Origin: Opitutia bacterium
GTDB taxonomy: Bacteria; Verrucomicrobiota; Verrucomicrobiia; Opitutales; Opitutaceae
Length of the DNA stretch: 64,000 nucleotides
NCBI GenBank assembly: GCA_947478395.1
Contig: CANJVR010000003.1
Span: 288,001 to 352,000 of the forward strand
Reading direction: 5' to 3'
Shown: positions 19,360 through 29,117 of the stretch, piece after piece
How the letters are laid out: every line of letters starts with the position of its first letter
How positions within the stretch are numbered: the stretch's first letter is position 1
Notes under the pieces: model-generated
The model's input: the letters and a program-made list of their open reading frames with translations, nothing else
Told to the model about the DNA's origin: nothing
The model's database searches: none
Program-made: the position numbers and the translations under genes

Positions 19360-21696
19360 TCAGTGTTCGACGTTTTCCCGTTTGAGTCCGCGCATCACCG
19401 CGGCGCTGCCGGCTAGCACGAGCCCAAACAGCGCGACCGCGATCGCGGTCGCCCGACCGACTTGGAATTCCTTGAACATCGATGTCACCATCAGCGTGCC
19501 GAGCGTGTGCGTGCTGCTGTCGGGGTCCTGCGACGTGAGCAGCCAGATCATCTCAAATGCATTGAGTCCACCGATCACGATGAACACCGCGGAAATCACC
19601 ACGACCTCCCAAATCAAGGGCAGCGTGATCATGAAAAACTGCCGTCCCGCCGACGCTCCGTCGAGATCAGCCGCCTCGTACAATTGCGAGTCGATGCCCT
19701 CCATCGCCGCGAGATAGAGAATCAAATTAAAGCCACACGCCATCCAGACATAGATGGGAATAAGTGCACCATAGAGGTGGCGTTGCGCGAGCCAGGGATA
19801 GCCGTCGAAACCGCGCAGCCAGTCGCTGCCGAGCACATTGCCGAGCGCCACCAAGCCCGCATTAACCAAACCGCCATGCGGTTCATAGGCACTCATCCAT
19901 AGCAAGGTCGCCGCGATCCCACCGATGAGATTGGGAAACAAAAACACCGCGCGAAACACCCGCGCGCCCCACACGCCGCGATGCAGCAAATACGCGAACA
20001 GCAGCGCAAGCGGCAACACGACGAGCGCAGGCACAACCATCAGATAGAGGTTATTTTTCAGCGCGAACCAGAACAGATCGCTCTCGAAGAGGAGCCATTT
20101 GAAATTGAAGGCGCCGGACCACGTCCGCGGACCGAGTCCATCCCACCGCGTAAACGCCCAGGCGAATGCCGCGATCCCGGGCGCGAGTACCAGCGCAGCG
20201 TAGAGCAAAAACGCGGGCCCGACGAATCCCACCGCCACCGGCCCACGGAGCCGTCCGAAAAAACCGGCTCTCATCTCGGCCACGGCGGACTTCCTTTCAG
20301 CCTGATGACGCACGTTCTTTCTAAACTGACCGATTTTTTGCCAAAGCAGCCACCCTCCAAATCCCGCCAACGCGAGCAACAACACCGTCCCGGCAAGTGG
20401 ATGCCGGTAGTCGATGTCGTCGGGTCGGTCCGCGTGCGCGCGATCGGTCGCGGCGGCCGATTCGAGCCGGGCCCCGTACTGCGTCGGCGTAATTTGACCC
20501 GTCATCAATTCCATATGCGCATCGATCTGCGTCTGTCGCACGGTCGGGGTCTGCAACATGACCTGCGGCATGTTGAACGCGGCGCTCGCCCCCGCGATGA
20601 GTTCGGCCGTTGAACGCATGCGCGGCGAAAACGCCTCCACTGGCACGCCGCGCATGGCCACCGGCGAATCCACCGCCCGCACAAAAGCCGCCGCCCGGCT
20701 GCGTGAAGTCAGGAAGCGCAGAAAATCGACCGTGAGTTTTTCCCGCGCCGGATCGCCGGTCGAAAAAAGAAAAAAACAATCGGCGCTCGCCTGGATCGTA
20801 GCCGCGGCGGCTGCGCCCTCCGGAAATACCGGGAAATTCATCACACCGACGTCAAAATCGGCCGGGATTTTTCCTTCCATCTCGTGAATCATCCACGAAC
20901 CCGAGACGGTCATGGCCGAGCGCCCTTCGAGGAACGCCAGCTGCGCCGTCGTGTGCGTGGCGCCTTCCCAACCGCGCAGCGTGTAGTTCTGCGCGATGCG
21001 CTGCAACACGTCGGCCGCACGCGCATAACGTGGATCCGCGTAAGCTCCCGGCGCGAGCTCTCCGACCGCGTTCCACGCCGCGGGGCCCCCCAAGTTGAAG
21101 AAGGCCGAGCGCAAGAACGCGTTCGGATATTTCCAATAAATTCCGGTGAGACTGAGAGGCGCGACGCCCGTCACTTTGATTTTTTCGCAGAGCGCAAAAA
21201 ATTCATCCCACGTGCGCGGCTCCTTCCAGCCGTGCGCCTGAAAAAGCCCGCGGTTGTAGAAAATACTCCAACACGCGTAGGTGAACGGCAGCCCGTAGGG
21301 TTTGCCATCGACCACCCAGGATTCGAGCGCACCCGGGAGAAAAGTATCCCGCCAACGGGCGTCGCCCTCCCAATTGGGCCCATCGAGCCAGGGCGTTAGA
21401 TCGCGAAGTTTTCCGGCGTGCACCAGGGCCGGGACGAGCAGATCGCGGGGCAAAGTGGCGTCGGGCAAATCGCCATCGATGATCCGGACCCGAAGTTTAT
21501 CCGTGATGCGCGGGTCACCATAGAGTTTCACCGTCACGCCGGGCCGGAGGGCTTCGAACTGGCGCGCGGTTTCCTCGTAAAAAGCGATTCCGTAGCCACC
21601 AAAAACGACGGGGATGTCGATTTCGGTCGCGCGGGCAAAGGTCAATCCGAGCATCAGACCCACGATTGAAAGATAGAGACGGAGATGTGGCCTCAT
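19360..21696 (-). CDS. Fused extracellular solute-binding protein / carbohydrate ABC permease (MalF-like)
   Basis: Signal peptide and SBP motifs (YGLPF..IFYN..LF..GW..P.TW.EF), then transmembrane segments and LYEAADLDGA, all in one uninterrupted 778-aa frame. Confidence 0.88.
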   Translation of the reverse strand: MRPHLRLYLSIVGLMLGLTFARATEIDIPVVFGGYGIAFYEETARQFEALRPGVTVKLYGDPRITDKLRVRIIDGDLPDATLPRDLLVPALVHAGKLRDLTPWLDGPNWEGDARWRDTFLPGALESWVVDGKPYGLPFTYACWSIFYNRGLFQAHGWKEPRTWDEFFALCEKIKVTGVAPLSLTGIYWKYPNAFLRSAFFNLGGPAAWNAVGELAPGAYADPRYARAADVLQRIAQNYTLRGWEGATHTTAQLAFLEGRSAMTVSGSWMIHEMEGKIPADFDVGVMNFPVFPEGAAAAATIQASADCFFLFSTGDPAREKLTVDFLRFLTSRSRAAAFVRAVDSPVAMRGVPVEAFSPRMRSTAELIAGASAAFNMPQVMLQTPTVRQTQIDAHMELMTGQITPTQYGARLESAAATDRAHADRPDDIDYRHPLAGTVLLLALAGFGGWLLWQKIGQFRKNVRHQAERKSAVAEMRAGFFGRLRGPVAVGFVGPAFLLYAALVLAPGIAAFAWAFTRWDGLGPRTWSGAFNFKWLLFESDLFWFALKNNLYLMVVPALVVLPLALLFAYLLHRGVWGARVFRAVFLFPNLIGGIAATLLWMSAYEPHGGLVNAGLVALGNVLGSDWLRGFDGYPWLAQRHLYGALIPIYVWMACGFNLILYLAAMEGIDSQLYEAADLDGASAGRQFFMITLPLIWEVVVISAVFIVIGGLNAFEMIWLLTSQDPDSSTHTLGTLMVTSMFKEFQVGRATAIAVALFGLVLAGSAAVMRGLKRENVEH

Positions 21697-21817
21697 CGCC
21701 CGACCCTTTCATTCGTGGGAATTGGAAACTGCACGCCCGAAGAATCCATGGGCATTCAACCGCGGTCGCAACTCATCCGTTGCGCCCGCTTCCTTTGCGC
21801 GCGGCGATTGCTCCGCC

Positions 21818-22306
21818 TCATTTTTTCTGGTCAAAGCTATTCAGAAAATCATCGAACACCTGCCGCGCCGCCACACGCTCGGCGGGATCGAGTTTGCCGT
21901 CGTGGTTGAGGTCGAAGCGTTCCATCAGCCGTGCCCGAAACGCCGCCTGCCCCTCAGCCAGCGCTTTCCGCATCGCGGCTCGCTCTTCCTCGTCCAGACG
22001 GCCGTCGCGATTAGTGTCGAACCGCTCAAGAATTTTTTCTCGGGCCTCGGGCGCTGTGCCTTCCATCCGCGCCATCTGTTCGTCCCGCATGATTTCGTGA
22101 GCGTCGGCGAGTTCGTCCTCATCGAGTTTCCCGTCCCCGTTTTTATCGAAGCGTTTCAACAGATCCGCGTCACGCGCGGAAAGATTCGCCCGGGGTGCAT
22201 CCGCCGCGGGCGGAGCCATGGCCGACGACGGCTCTGCCGCCCGCAGGGCGAGAGCCAGAAAAAGCGTTGCCGCAAAGTAAGGGGGGAATAGACCAAGGTT
22301 TTTCAT
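21818..22306 (-). CDS. Secreted EF-hand domain protein
   Basis: Signal peptide and three EF-hand loops: DKNGDGKLDEDE, DTNRDGRLDEEE and DLNHDGKLDPAE. Confidence 0.88.
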   Translation of the reverse strand: MKNLGLFPPYFAATLFLALALRAAEPSSAMAPPAADAPRANLSARDADLLKRFDKNGDGKLDEDELADAHEIMRDEQMARMEGTAPEAREKILERFDTNRDGRLDEEERAAMRKALAEGQAAFRARLMERFDLNHDGKLDPAERVAARQVFDDFLNSFDQKK

Positions 22307-22401
22307 GGGTAATAAGACTGAAACATTGCGACGCGCAGCGTCCGCCGGCAAGACGCCGACCCTCTTCCAAGGTCGCAGTCAAACCGCCTAATACGACTGC
22401 G

Positions 22402-22752
22402 ATGTTTCAAGTCACTTTTTCTTCCCAAGCGATGCACGAGCTCAACCGGCTCGACCAGCTGCTACAACTCGACCTGGTCGAACCGATCAGCGCGCTAAAA
22501 CCATCGGATCTGGCGCAGCCGCGTGAGCCGCTGGGGCGGTTTCATCGGGCGGGAAAAGAATTTTACCGGCTACGCGCGGGGGATTTTCGTTTCTATTTCG
22601 ACGCGTTCGGCGAGGCCCTGCACGTCCACTACATCCTCCACAAAAATTCCCTAGAGGACTTTCTGTTGCGCAACAAGTTACCTGTTTCTGAACAGCAACT
22701 CGTCGAGCAACACTCGAAATTCTGGAAATATCTCGAGAGCCTCACCAAATGA
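22402..22752 (+). CDS. RelE/ParE superfamily protein (no antitoxin seen)
   Basis: MFQVTFS..A..EL..L and YRLRAGDFRFYF are RelE-like. The stop overlaps the pssA start. Confidence 0.75.
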   Translation: MFQVTFSSQAMHELNRLDQLLQLDLVEPISALKPSDLAQPREPLGRFHRAGKEFYRLRAGDFRFYFDAFGEALHVHYILHKNSLEDFLLRNKLPVSEQQLVEQHSKFWKYLESLTK

Positions 22753-23675
22753 ACCTTCGTCGTCGTCGCCCATCTCCGGCCGAGCGCGCCGCCGTCGAGG
22801 ACGACATCGCGCAGCGGGAAGATCCCTATAACGTCACGCGGGCGAGCCGGATCTATTTCCTGCCAAACCTGATGACGGCGGGGAATCTCTTCTGCGGTTT
22901 CATGGCGGTGGTGAACTGCATTCAGGCTCGTCTCGCCGAAACCTCGCTTACCGGCGAATATCTGGGCTCCACGCCGGCCGAGCACTACCGGTACGCTGTG
23001 TGGTTCATTTTTGGCGCCGCCGCCTGCGATGCTCTCGACGGGCGGCTGGCCCGGATGGGGGGACGCGAGTCGTTGTTCGGCGCGGAGTTCGATTCGCTCG
23101 CCGATGTCGTTTCCTTCGGCATGGCCCCGGCACTGATGATGTTGTTTTTCATCCTGTCGCCCACGCAAGGCCGCCCACCATGGTTTAGAAACATCGGCGG
23201 GTTTGTCGGGTTTGTCTATTTGCTGTGCGCCGCGATGCGTCTAGCGCGTTTCAACGTCATCACCAACCCATTGCTCCACCGCGGGAAAAAAGATTCCAAC
23301 AAGGATTTTATCGGGCTGCCGGTTCCCGCCGCGGCTGGGACGGTGGCTGCCGTCATGCTCTTTCTGCTCAAACTCGCCGATGCAGACAAGTCGTTGAACA
23401 AATTCGCCCTCGTGCTCCCGCCACTCATGCTGCTGATCGCCGTCTTGATGATGAGCACCGTACGTTATCCCAGTGGAAAAGTCATAGATCTCCAGACCAC
23501 CACTTCATTACTACCGTTTGTCCTGTTTCTGGCGTTTGCCGGGTTGATGGTGTTTTTCAAAGAAGAGGCGCTGCTGGTCGCATGGCTGGGTTATATTTTC
23601 TTCGGGCTGATCCGTCACGTGCGACGGGGCCGGGGGGGCCCCCGGATCAATTCTCCGCCGTCCAATAGCGTGTGA
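22749..23675 (+). CDS. pssA: CDP-diacylglycerol--serine O-phosphatidyltransferase
   Basis: LPNLMT, CDP-alcohol motif DALDGRLAR..SLFGAEFDSLADVVSFG, RLARFN and FIGLPVP. Confidence 0.9.
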   Translation: MNLRRRRPSPAERAAVEDDIAQREDPYNVTRASRIYFLPNLMTAGNLFCGFMAVVNCIQARLAETSLTGEYLGSTPAEHYRYAVWFIFGAAACDALDGRLARMGGRESLFGAEFDSLADVVSFGMAPALMMLFFILSPTQGRPPWFRNIGGFVGFVYLLCAAMRLARFNVITNPLLHRGKKDSNKDFIGLPVPAAAGTVAAVMLFLLKLADADKSLNKFALVLPPLMLLIAVLMMSTVRYPSGKVIDLQTTTSLLPFVLFLAFAGLMVFFKEEALLVAWLGYIFFGLIRHVRRGRGGPRINSPPSNSV

Positions 23676-23878
23676 ACAAACGGTGCACCACGTGAGAGCA
23701 ATTTCAGCGTTGCGAATAACCGCTGATTTTAGGGTCCCAAACGGAATGTTTTTCACGGCGTCAAACCCCGCTTTTCCCGAATGAAAACCGCCAGTTACTA
23801 GAGTTGTTCGCAGCCCATATGGATAGGGATATAATTCCTTATTGAAGATGTATTCTTTTAGACTTTGTTAGTTTCTTC
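23671..23878. other. Candidate replication origin / DnaA-box cluster with AT-rich tract
   Basis: DnaA-box-like 9-mers at 23671, 23711, 23749 and 23804, followed by GCCC and a 62-nt tract with 17 G+C, directly upstream of dnaN. Confidence 0.45.
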
Positions 23879-23904
23879 GTCGGACCTTCGCCGCCACCTC
23901 TTTC

Positions 23905-25029
23905 ATGAAATTCAAAATCAACCGCGACCATTTTGCCAACGGCCTTGCCCAAGTGCTTAACGTCGTTGGGTCTAAAGCAACCATGCCGATCCTCAGCAAT
24001 GTGTTGATCGAGGCCGAAAAGGATCAGATTTCACTTTCCACCACGAATCTGGACTTGGGGATTCGCTGTAAAATTAAGGCCGAGGTGAAGGAGACGGGTG
24101 CCGTGACCCTCCCGGTCAAACGTTTGGCCACAATTGTCCGGGAATTGCCTAGTGTGGACGTTTCCTTCGACGGTGCCCCAAATCATCAGGTCAAACTCGC
24201 TTCTGGCGGATCGACGTTTCGCATCATGGGTATCGGCAAAGAAGAATTCCCGCCGTTGCCGGAATTCGGCGATGAAAAAGCCTATACCCTGGAGCAGAGC
24301 GAGTTGATTGGGATGCTGAAGAGCGTTTCGTACGCACAATCCACCGACGAAACTCGTTACATCCTCAACGGCGTTTATTTCAACTTCCGCGATGGGAAAC
24401 TTACGCTGGTGGCGACGGATGGCCGTCGCCTCGCGCATATTTCAAAAGACATGGAAGTACCCGAGGCGAGTGCCGGTGCGATCATTCTACCGGCCAAAAC
24501 GGTTTCGGAACTCAACCGGTTGCTCGACAAGGGCACGAAGGTGAAAATCAACTTCAACGAACGCCGGGCGGCGTTTCAGATTGCGACAGACAAGGACACG
24601 AGCGGCCTGATCGATCACGTTTACCTCTACTCCAAAGTCGTCGAAGGCAATTACCCGAATTATCAGCAGGTTATTCCGAAGGAAACGCATCAGCGCATTA
24701 AACTGGAGCGGGAATTTTTTCTCCAGTGTGTGCATCGCGCAGCGCTGGTGTGTTCGGAAAAGGCGAACTCCGTCAAAATCAAGATCACAAGCAATCTCCT
24801 CGAAATTTTCGCGCAGAGTTCGGATTTCGGCGAAGCGCACGAATCAATGGCCATCGGTTACAGCGGTCCTGACCTCCAGGTGGCATTCAATCCTGCGTTT
24901 ATCATGGATCCGCTTAAAGCGCTGACCAAGGACGAGGTTTATTTCGAAGTGAAAGACGAAGTCAGCCCAGGTGTTTTCAAAACCCTCGACAGCTTTATCT
25001 GCGTGATCATGCCGGTGCGGTTGAGCTGA
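23905..25029 (+). CDS. dnaN: DNA polymerase III beta sliding clamp
   Basis: [38 protein letters not shown] and C-terminal VIMPVRL. Confidence 0.97.
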   Translation: MKFKINRDHFANGLAQVLNVVGSKATMPILSNVLIEAEKDQISLSTTNLDLGIRCKIKAEVKETGAVTLPVKRLATIVRELPSVDVSFDGAPNHQVKLASGGSTFRIMGIGKEEFPPLPEFGDEKAYTLEQSELIGMLKSVSYAQSTDETRYILNGVYFNFRDGKLTLVATDGRRLAHISKDMEVPEASAGAIILPAKTVSELNRLLDKGTKVKINFNERRAAFQIATDKDTSGLIDHVYLYSKVVEGNYPNYQQVIPKETHQRIKLEREFFLQCVHRAALVCSEKANSVKIKITSNLLEIFAQSSDFGEAHESMAIGYSGPDLQVAFNPAFIMDPLKALTKDEVYFEVKDEVSPGVFKTLDSFICVIMPVRLS

Positions 25030-25070
25030 TCGCACGATTGGACTTTGGCTGAAGTAAGTCCTTTTTTTCG

Positions 25071-25949
25071 ATGGATACGCAGTATCTGATTCTCGGTGGG
25101 ATCATCGTTTCCTTGGTGTTGGTTCAGCTCAATCAGCGGCTGGCATCGCCGTTGCTGGCGATCGCTGACCGATGGTTGCGTTGGGTGGTCTTCGCTTTCG
25201 GTGCGGCGCAGCTATGTCGCGATTTTGATTTGATCGATCGGCAATATCCCGTGCTCGTCGCGGCGTTTTTCCTTTTTTGGTTTCTCGGCGAAACGCTTTA
25301 CAACTGGCTTGCTATCTCCGCCCTCAGCGTGAGTCCGCTACCGTTGTTTCCTCGCTATACCATCAACTCCAGCGGCGAAGAATGGCCGGTGCAGCCTCGC
25401 CTCCTGAAAATTCGCGAATGGCTCCGGGCGCAGGGCTTCCGCCAGACCCAGGCACTTAAGGTTGAGGTCGGGGGAGGCGTTTATCTTCGCGTATCGGTTT
25501 ACCAGGACGCCACGGCGTCCTTGCGCATCGAGGTGACGTTTCTGCCGCAGGCCAACGGCGCCATCGGACTTTGTTTTACACTGACGAGTGTCACGGCCAC
25601 CGGGCTGCGTTACGTCACCGATAATCTTACGACGCCGTTCGCGGGTTTTTATCCGGAGAATTGGTGCGTTGAGCGCCGGCCTTGGAGTCGTTCGTTGTCG
25701 CATTTGCTGGGCCGACACCGGGCACGACTCGCGGCCGCAGGGGTAACGCCGGTGCCTTTCACCATCGAGCCGCTGCCGGATCTCAATCTGGCTCAAAGCG
25801 AACTGGACCGGCTCAACACCGAACTCGGTTTCTTGCATCCGCATCCCGAACGCGAAGATTTCGGCAAGATCACTCACGAGGGCCGCTATCGCGTCTGGAA
25901 AGAGATCTGGATGCTTAACTACCTCGGCCGCGCCGCGCGGTATCAATAG
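25071..25949 (+). CDS. Hypothetical membrane protein
   Basis: 292-aa ORF co-directional with dnaN, with about three N-terminal hydrophobic segments. No family recognised. Confidence 0.75.
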   Translation: MDTQYLILGGIIVSLVLVQLNQRLASPLLAIADRWLRWVVFAFGAAQLCRDFDLIDRQYPVLVAAFFLFWFLGETLYNWLAISALSVSPLPLFPRYTINSSGEEWPVQPRLLKIREWLRAQGFRQTQALKVEVGGGVYLRVSVYQDATASLRIEVTFLPQANGAIGLCFTLTSVTATGLRYVTDNLTTPFAGFYPENWCVERRPWSRSLSHLLGRHRARLAAAGVTPVPFTIEPLPDLNLAQSELDRLNTELGFLHPHPEREDFGKITHEGRYRVWKEIWMLNYLGRAARYQ

Positions 25950-26007
25950 ATTTGAGAACCGTGTCCGTATTTGTCGGCGGCTAGTTTACAATTTTCTGAA
26001 ATAGACG

Positions 26008-26790
26008 CTAGCGCAGTTCGATCCAATCCGGCGTGGAGTATTGCTCCACCAACGCGCTCACTTCGTCTTCGTTAAATTCCGGCCAGGGGGTCGCGACGGC
26101 TTCGGTTTGTAACGCTGCGGCCAGCCGTTGGGAAAACGCTTGTTCAAAAGATTCCCAATCAAAGTCAGTCGCGTCGATCGCCGGCCGCCAGATCGAACCC
26201 TGAAACAGCAGACCGTGCTTGTTTCGCTTCTGCGCTGCGCCGGCGATTTTTTCACCGGTGCCCGCGTGAACGACATCGAAGACTTCCGCTCGTTGAAAAC
26301 ATACGCCCTCGACCGCCGCTTCTGCGCCGGCCGAGCGGTCGGGATTTTTTTTCTGCGGCCGGGACGAAAAGGAAAGAGCATCGGTGGTGGCACATTTAGC
26401 CGACGCGCATGGTTTGATGGCGGCATTCACGCCTTGGGCCTGTAAGGCGGCGGCGAGACATTCATGGATCGCGCGATAACTTTCCGTCGCGCGCTGTTCT
26501 TCCAGCGCATGCCCGCGAGGAATCACCAGCGCATACGTCCAATCCTCTCGATGGTCGACGATGCCGCCGCCGGTCGGCCGCCGGCACTGTTCGCCGGGCT
26601 CGGCGGTGGAAAGTTGCTCGCGCACGAAGGCGATTTTCTGGCTGTAACCAAAGGTCCACGCCGGTCGGTGCCAGCCGTAGTGGCGAAACCGGGCGACGCC
26701 GGAATCCGGGTAACGTTGCAGCATCAAAAAATCGATCGCCATGTTTTCGGCGGCGCTGGCGCGACGGCTGGGCAAAACGGCGAGTCTCAT
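26008..26790 (-). CDS. Lipoate--protein ligase / octanoyltransferase family protein
   Basis: NMAID, RRPTGGGIVDH, KIAGAAQKR and LFQGSI. Confidence 0.9.
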   Translation of the reverse strand: MRLAVLPSRRASAAENMAIDFLMLQRYPDSGVARFRHYGWHRPAWTFGYSQKIAFVREQLSTAEPGEQCRRPTGGGIVDHREDWTYALVIPRGHALEEQRATESYRAIHECLAAALQAQGVNAAIKPCASAKCATTDALSFSSRPQKKNPDRSAGAEAAVEGVCFQRAEVFDVVHAGTGEKIAGAAQKRNKHGLLFQGSIWRPAIDATDFDWESFEQAFSQRLAAALQTEAVATPWPEFNEDEVSALVEQYSTPDWIELR

Positions 26791-26986
26791 GCGAAGATCA
26801 AGGATCTAGGCGGCGAGCCGTTGCGAGAATGATCCCGCGATGACGGATTTTTTGGTCTCCTGGTTCGACGTCGCGGGGAAAAAATCGATCAAAATGGAGA
26901 ATCTGTGCACGGTGATGGAGTAGGTGATTTCGATCTTAAGGTGGGTCGGGTTGAGGATAACCCATCAGACCTTTTCCAACGCCTGA

Positions 26987-28234
26987 TTAGCCCGAAAAGC
27001 TCGTCATCAATTCCGCGTAAATTTTGGCGGTGGCAGCCAGCTCTTTCACTGAAGCGCGTTCGTCGATTGCGTGATAATCCTCACCCACGGGTCCGTAACC
27101 GAGCGTCGGAATTTTCAAGTGGCTCGCGAAAAAATGCATGTCGTTGAAGCCGCTCGAGACATTGAAGACCGAGGGAGCCCGGCGCACGCGGGCGACGATC
27201 GCGCCCATCGCCTTGAAAAATGGCTGTGTGGGTGGAGAAAAACACGCGAAGTTTTCCGAAATTTTTGCGATACTGATCCGGCATTGCGGAATCTTTTTCG
27301 CCGCCGCGGCGAGCGCGGCGCGGAGTTCGCGTTCGGCTGTTGCGTGGTTTTCCACCGCCAGCACACGACGATCAATCGTGAAGGTCGCGGTGCCGGGGAC
27401 GGTGTTGATCTTCGCGCCTTCGCCGCAGCCGAAAACGCCACCTATATTCATCGTGGGGACCATGACCCGGCCTTCCGGCGTCTTGAACTTCCGCCGCGCG
27501 AGCTGCCGTTTGTAGTCGTCCAACGCCAGCACGAGCGCCGACATTTTCTCGAGGGCGTTAATGCCCTTTTCGGGTATCGAGCCATGCGCCGCGCGACCCT
27601 GCACGGTAACTTCCAGCCACACGACGCCGTTGTGTCCGCAACACACCGCCGGGCCTTCGCCGCCTTCCATCACGACCGCGTAGTCGGGTCGAATCGGTGC
27701 GTGATCGACCAGCCACCCAGTGCCGAGCACCGAGTCGGTTTCCTCGTCGGCCGTGAAAGAGACTTCGAGATTCATCGGCCGCGCGGTGCCCGTGGCCTGC
27801 AACGCCCGCAAAGCCATCAACAGGCACGCGATGGAGCCCTTCATGTCGGCCGTCCCGCGGCCATAAATCCAGCCGCGATCAACGATGCCACTGAAGGGAC
27901 TGCCGTGACGCCAACGGCCGGAAACCGGCACCACATCGTAGTGGGCGTTGAAATGGAGGGTTTTCTTGGCGCCGGGCGAAGCGAGTTTGCCGAGGACGTT
28001 GTACCGGGGGAAACGGTACTGTGCGGGCGGCAGGCTTTTCTTGAGCAAGGCCGGCGGAATCGCGTAGCGCTTCGCGGTGAGGCCGAGCGCGGTCAGTTTT
28101 GCCGTCAGCAACCCCGTGATTGCGTCGTAATTTTCGCCCGGCGGATTCACCGTCGATATGTTCACGAGCTGGGTGAGGTCGCCCAGCAGTACGCCGGCAT
28201 GACGGTCGATAAAATCAGCGGGAGACAATGGCAT
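26987..28234 (-). CDS. M20 ArgE/DapE family deacylase
   Basis: NAHYDVVP, GRGTADMKG, DEE, HGS..G.NA and HAIDE. Confidence 0.92.
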   Translation of the reverse strand: MPLSPADFIDRHAGVLLGDLTQLVNISTVNPPGENYDAITGLLTAKLTALGLTAKRYAIPPALLKKSLPPAQYRFPRYNVLGKLASPGAKKTLHFNAHYDVVPVSGRWRHGSPFSGIVDRGWIYGRGTADMKGSIACLLMALRALQATGTARPMNLEVSFTADEETDSVLGTGWLVDHAPIRPDYAVVMEGGEGPAVCCGHNGVVWLEVTVQGRAAHGSIPEKGINALEKMSALVLALDDYKRQLARRKFKTPEGRVMVPTMNIGGVFGCGEGAKINTVPGTATFTIDRRVLAVENHATAERELRAALAAAAKKIPQCRISIAKISENFACFSPPTQPFFKAMGAIVARVRRAPSVFNVSSGFNDMHFFASHLKIPTLGYGPVGEDYHAIDERASVKELAATAKIYAELMTSFSG

Positions 28235-28247
28235 GGTGAACGGAGCC

Positions 28248-29015
28248 TCAATGCGAACGCGTCAGGGCCACATAGGCTAGCCGCGCGATCGTCAGCGCGA
28301 CCATGGTCAGAAATACCGGGCGAATGAAGCGAGCGCCTTTTTTGACCACCAGCCCAGCTCCGATGCGCGCACCGGCGATTTGCCCGACCGCCATTACGCC
28401 ACCGACCCGCCATGCAACGTGATCGGCCGAGATGAAAATAAGCAGCGAGGCGAAATTGCTGGTGACGTTCAGCACTTTGGTGTGGCCAGTCGCGGCTAGG
28501 AAATCCTGCCCGAGCAGCAGCACGAGTGCGATCGTCCAAAACGAGCCGGTGCCCGGCCCAAAAAAACCATCGTAGAAGCCGAGGCCTAATCCGGCGGCGA
28601 CGAAAAAAACTCCGGGCGCGAGACGGGCTGGATGTTTATCCCGTCCAAGTTCCGGCCGCACGATGGTATAAATCAAAATCGCCCCGAGCAGCCAGGGGAT
28701 AAACCAGGTGAGGATGCCCGCATCGATGCGCTGCACCGTCCACGCCCCCGCCAGCGCCCCGATGAAGGTCATCGCGATGCCAAAACGGCAAGCCCGCCAA
28801 TCGATCACCCCACTGCGCGAGTAGTGCCACGTTGCCATGCTGCTGCCGAAAACCGACTGCAGCTTATTGGTGCCCAGCGCTAGCGGCGGAGGGAATCCTA
28901 CGGTCAGCAACGCGGGCAGTGTGATCAAGCCCCCTCCGCCTGCCACGGCGTCGACCAGGCCTGCCACCAGCGCGACGGCGAACAGCAAAGGGTAGCTCCA
29001 CCATTCCAAAAGCAT
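28248..29015 (-). CDS. TSUP (TauE/SafE, YfcA-like) membrane protein
   Basis: DAVAGGGGLITLPALL, ALGTNKLQ and GFYDGFFGPGTGSF. Confidence 0.92.
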   Translation of the reverse strand: MLLEWWSYPLLFAVALVAGLVDAVAGGGGLITLPALLTVGFPPPLALGTNKLQSVFGSSMATWHYSRSGVIDWRACRFGIAMTFIGALAGAWTVQRIDAGILTWFIPWLLGAILIYTIVRPELGRDKHPARLAPGVFFVAAGLGLGFYDGFFGPGTGSFWTIALVLLLGQDFLAATGHTKVLNVTSNFASLLIFISADHVAWRVGGVMAVGQIAGARIGAGLVVKKGARFIRPVFLTMVALTIARLAYVALTRSH

Positions 29016-29023
29016 CGGACTAT

Positions 29024-29106
29024 TTGCTCATGGAACTCACGGAATACACGGAAATTTTCCGGAGGATTTCTGGTTTTTCCGTGTATTTCGCGGGTTCCGT
29101 GAGCAA
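29024..29106. repeat. Imperfect palindromic element (CACGGAA-type arms)
   Basis: TTGCTCATGGAACTCACGGAATACACGGAAA ... TTTCCGTGTATTTCGCGGGTTCCGTGAGCAA, in a divergent intergenic gap. Confidence 0.7.
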
Positions 29107-29117
29107 GTCTCCGCGGC

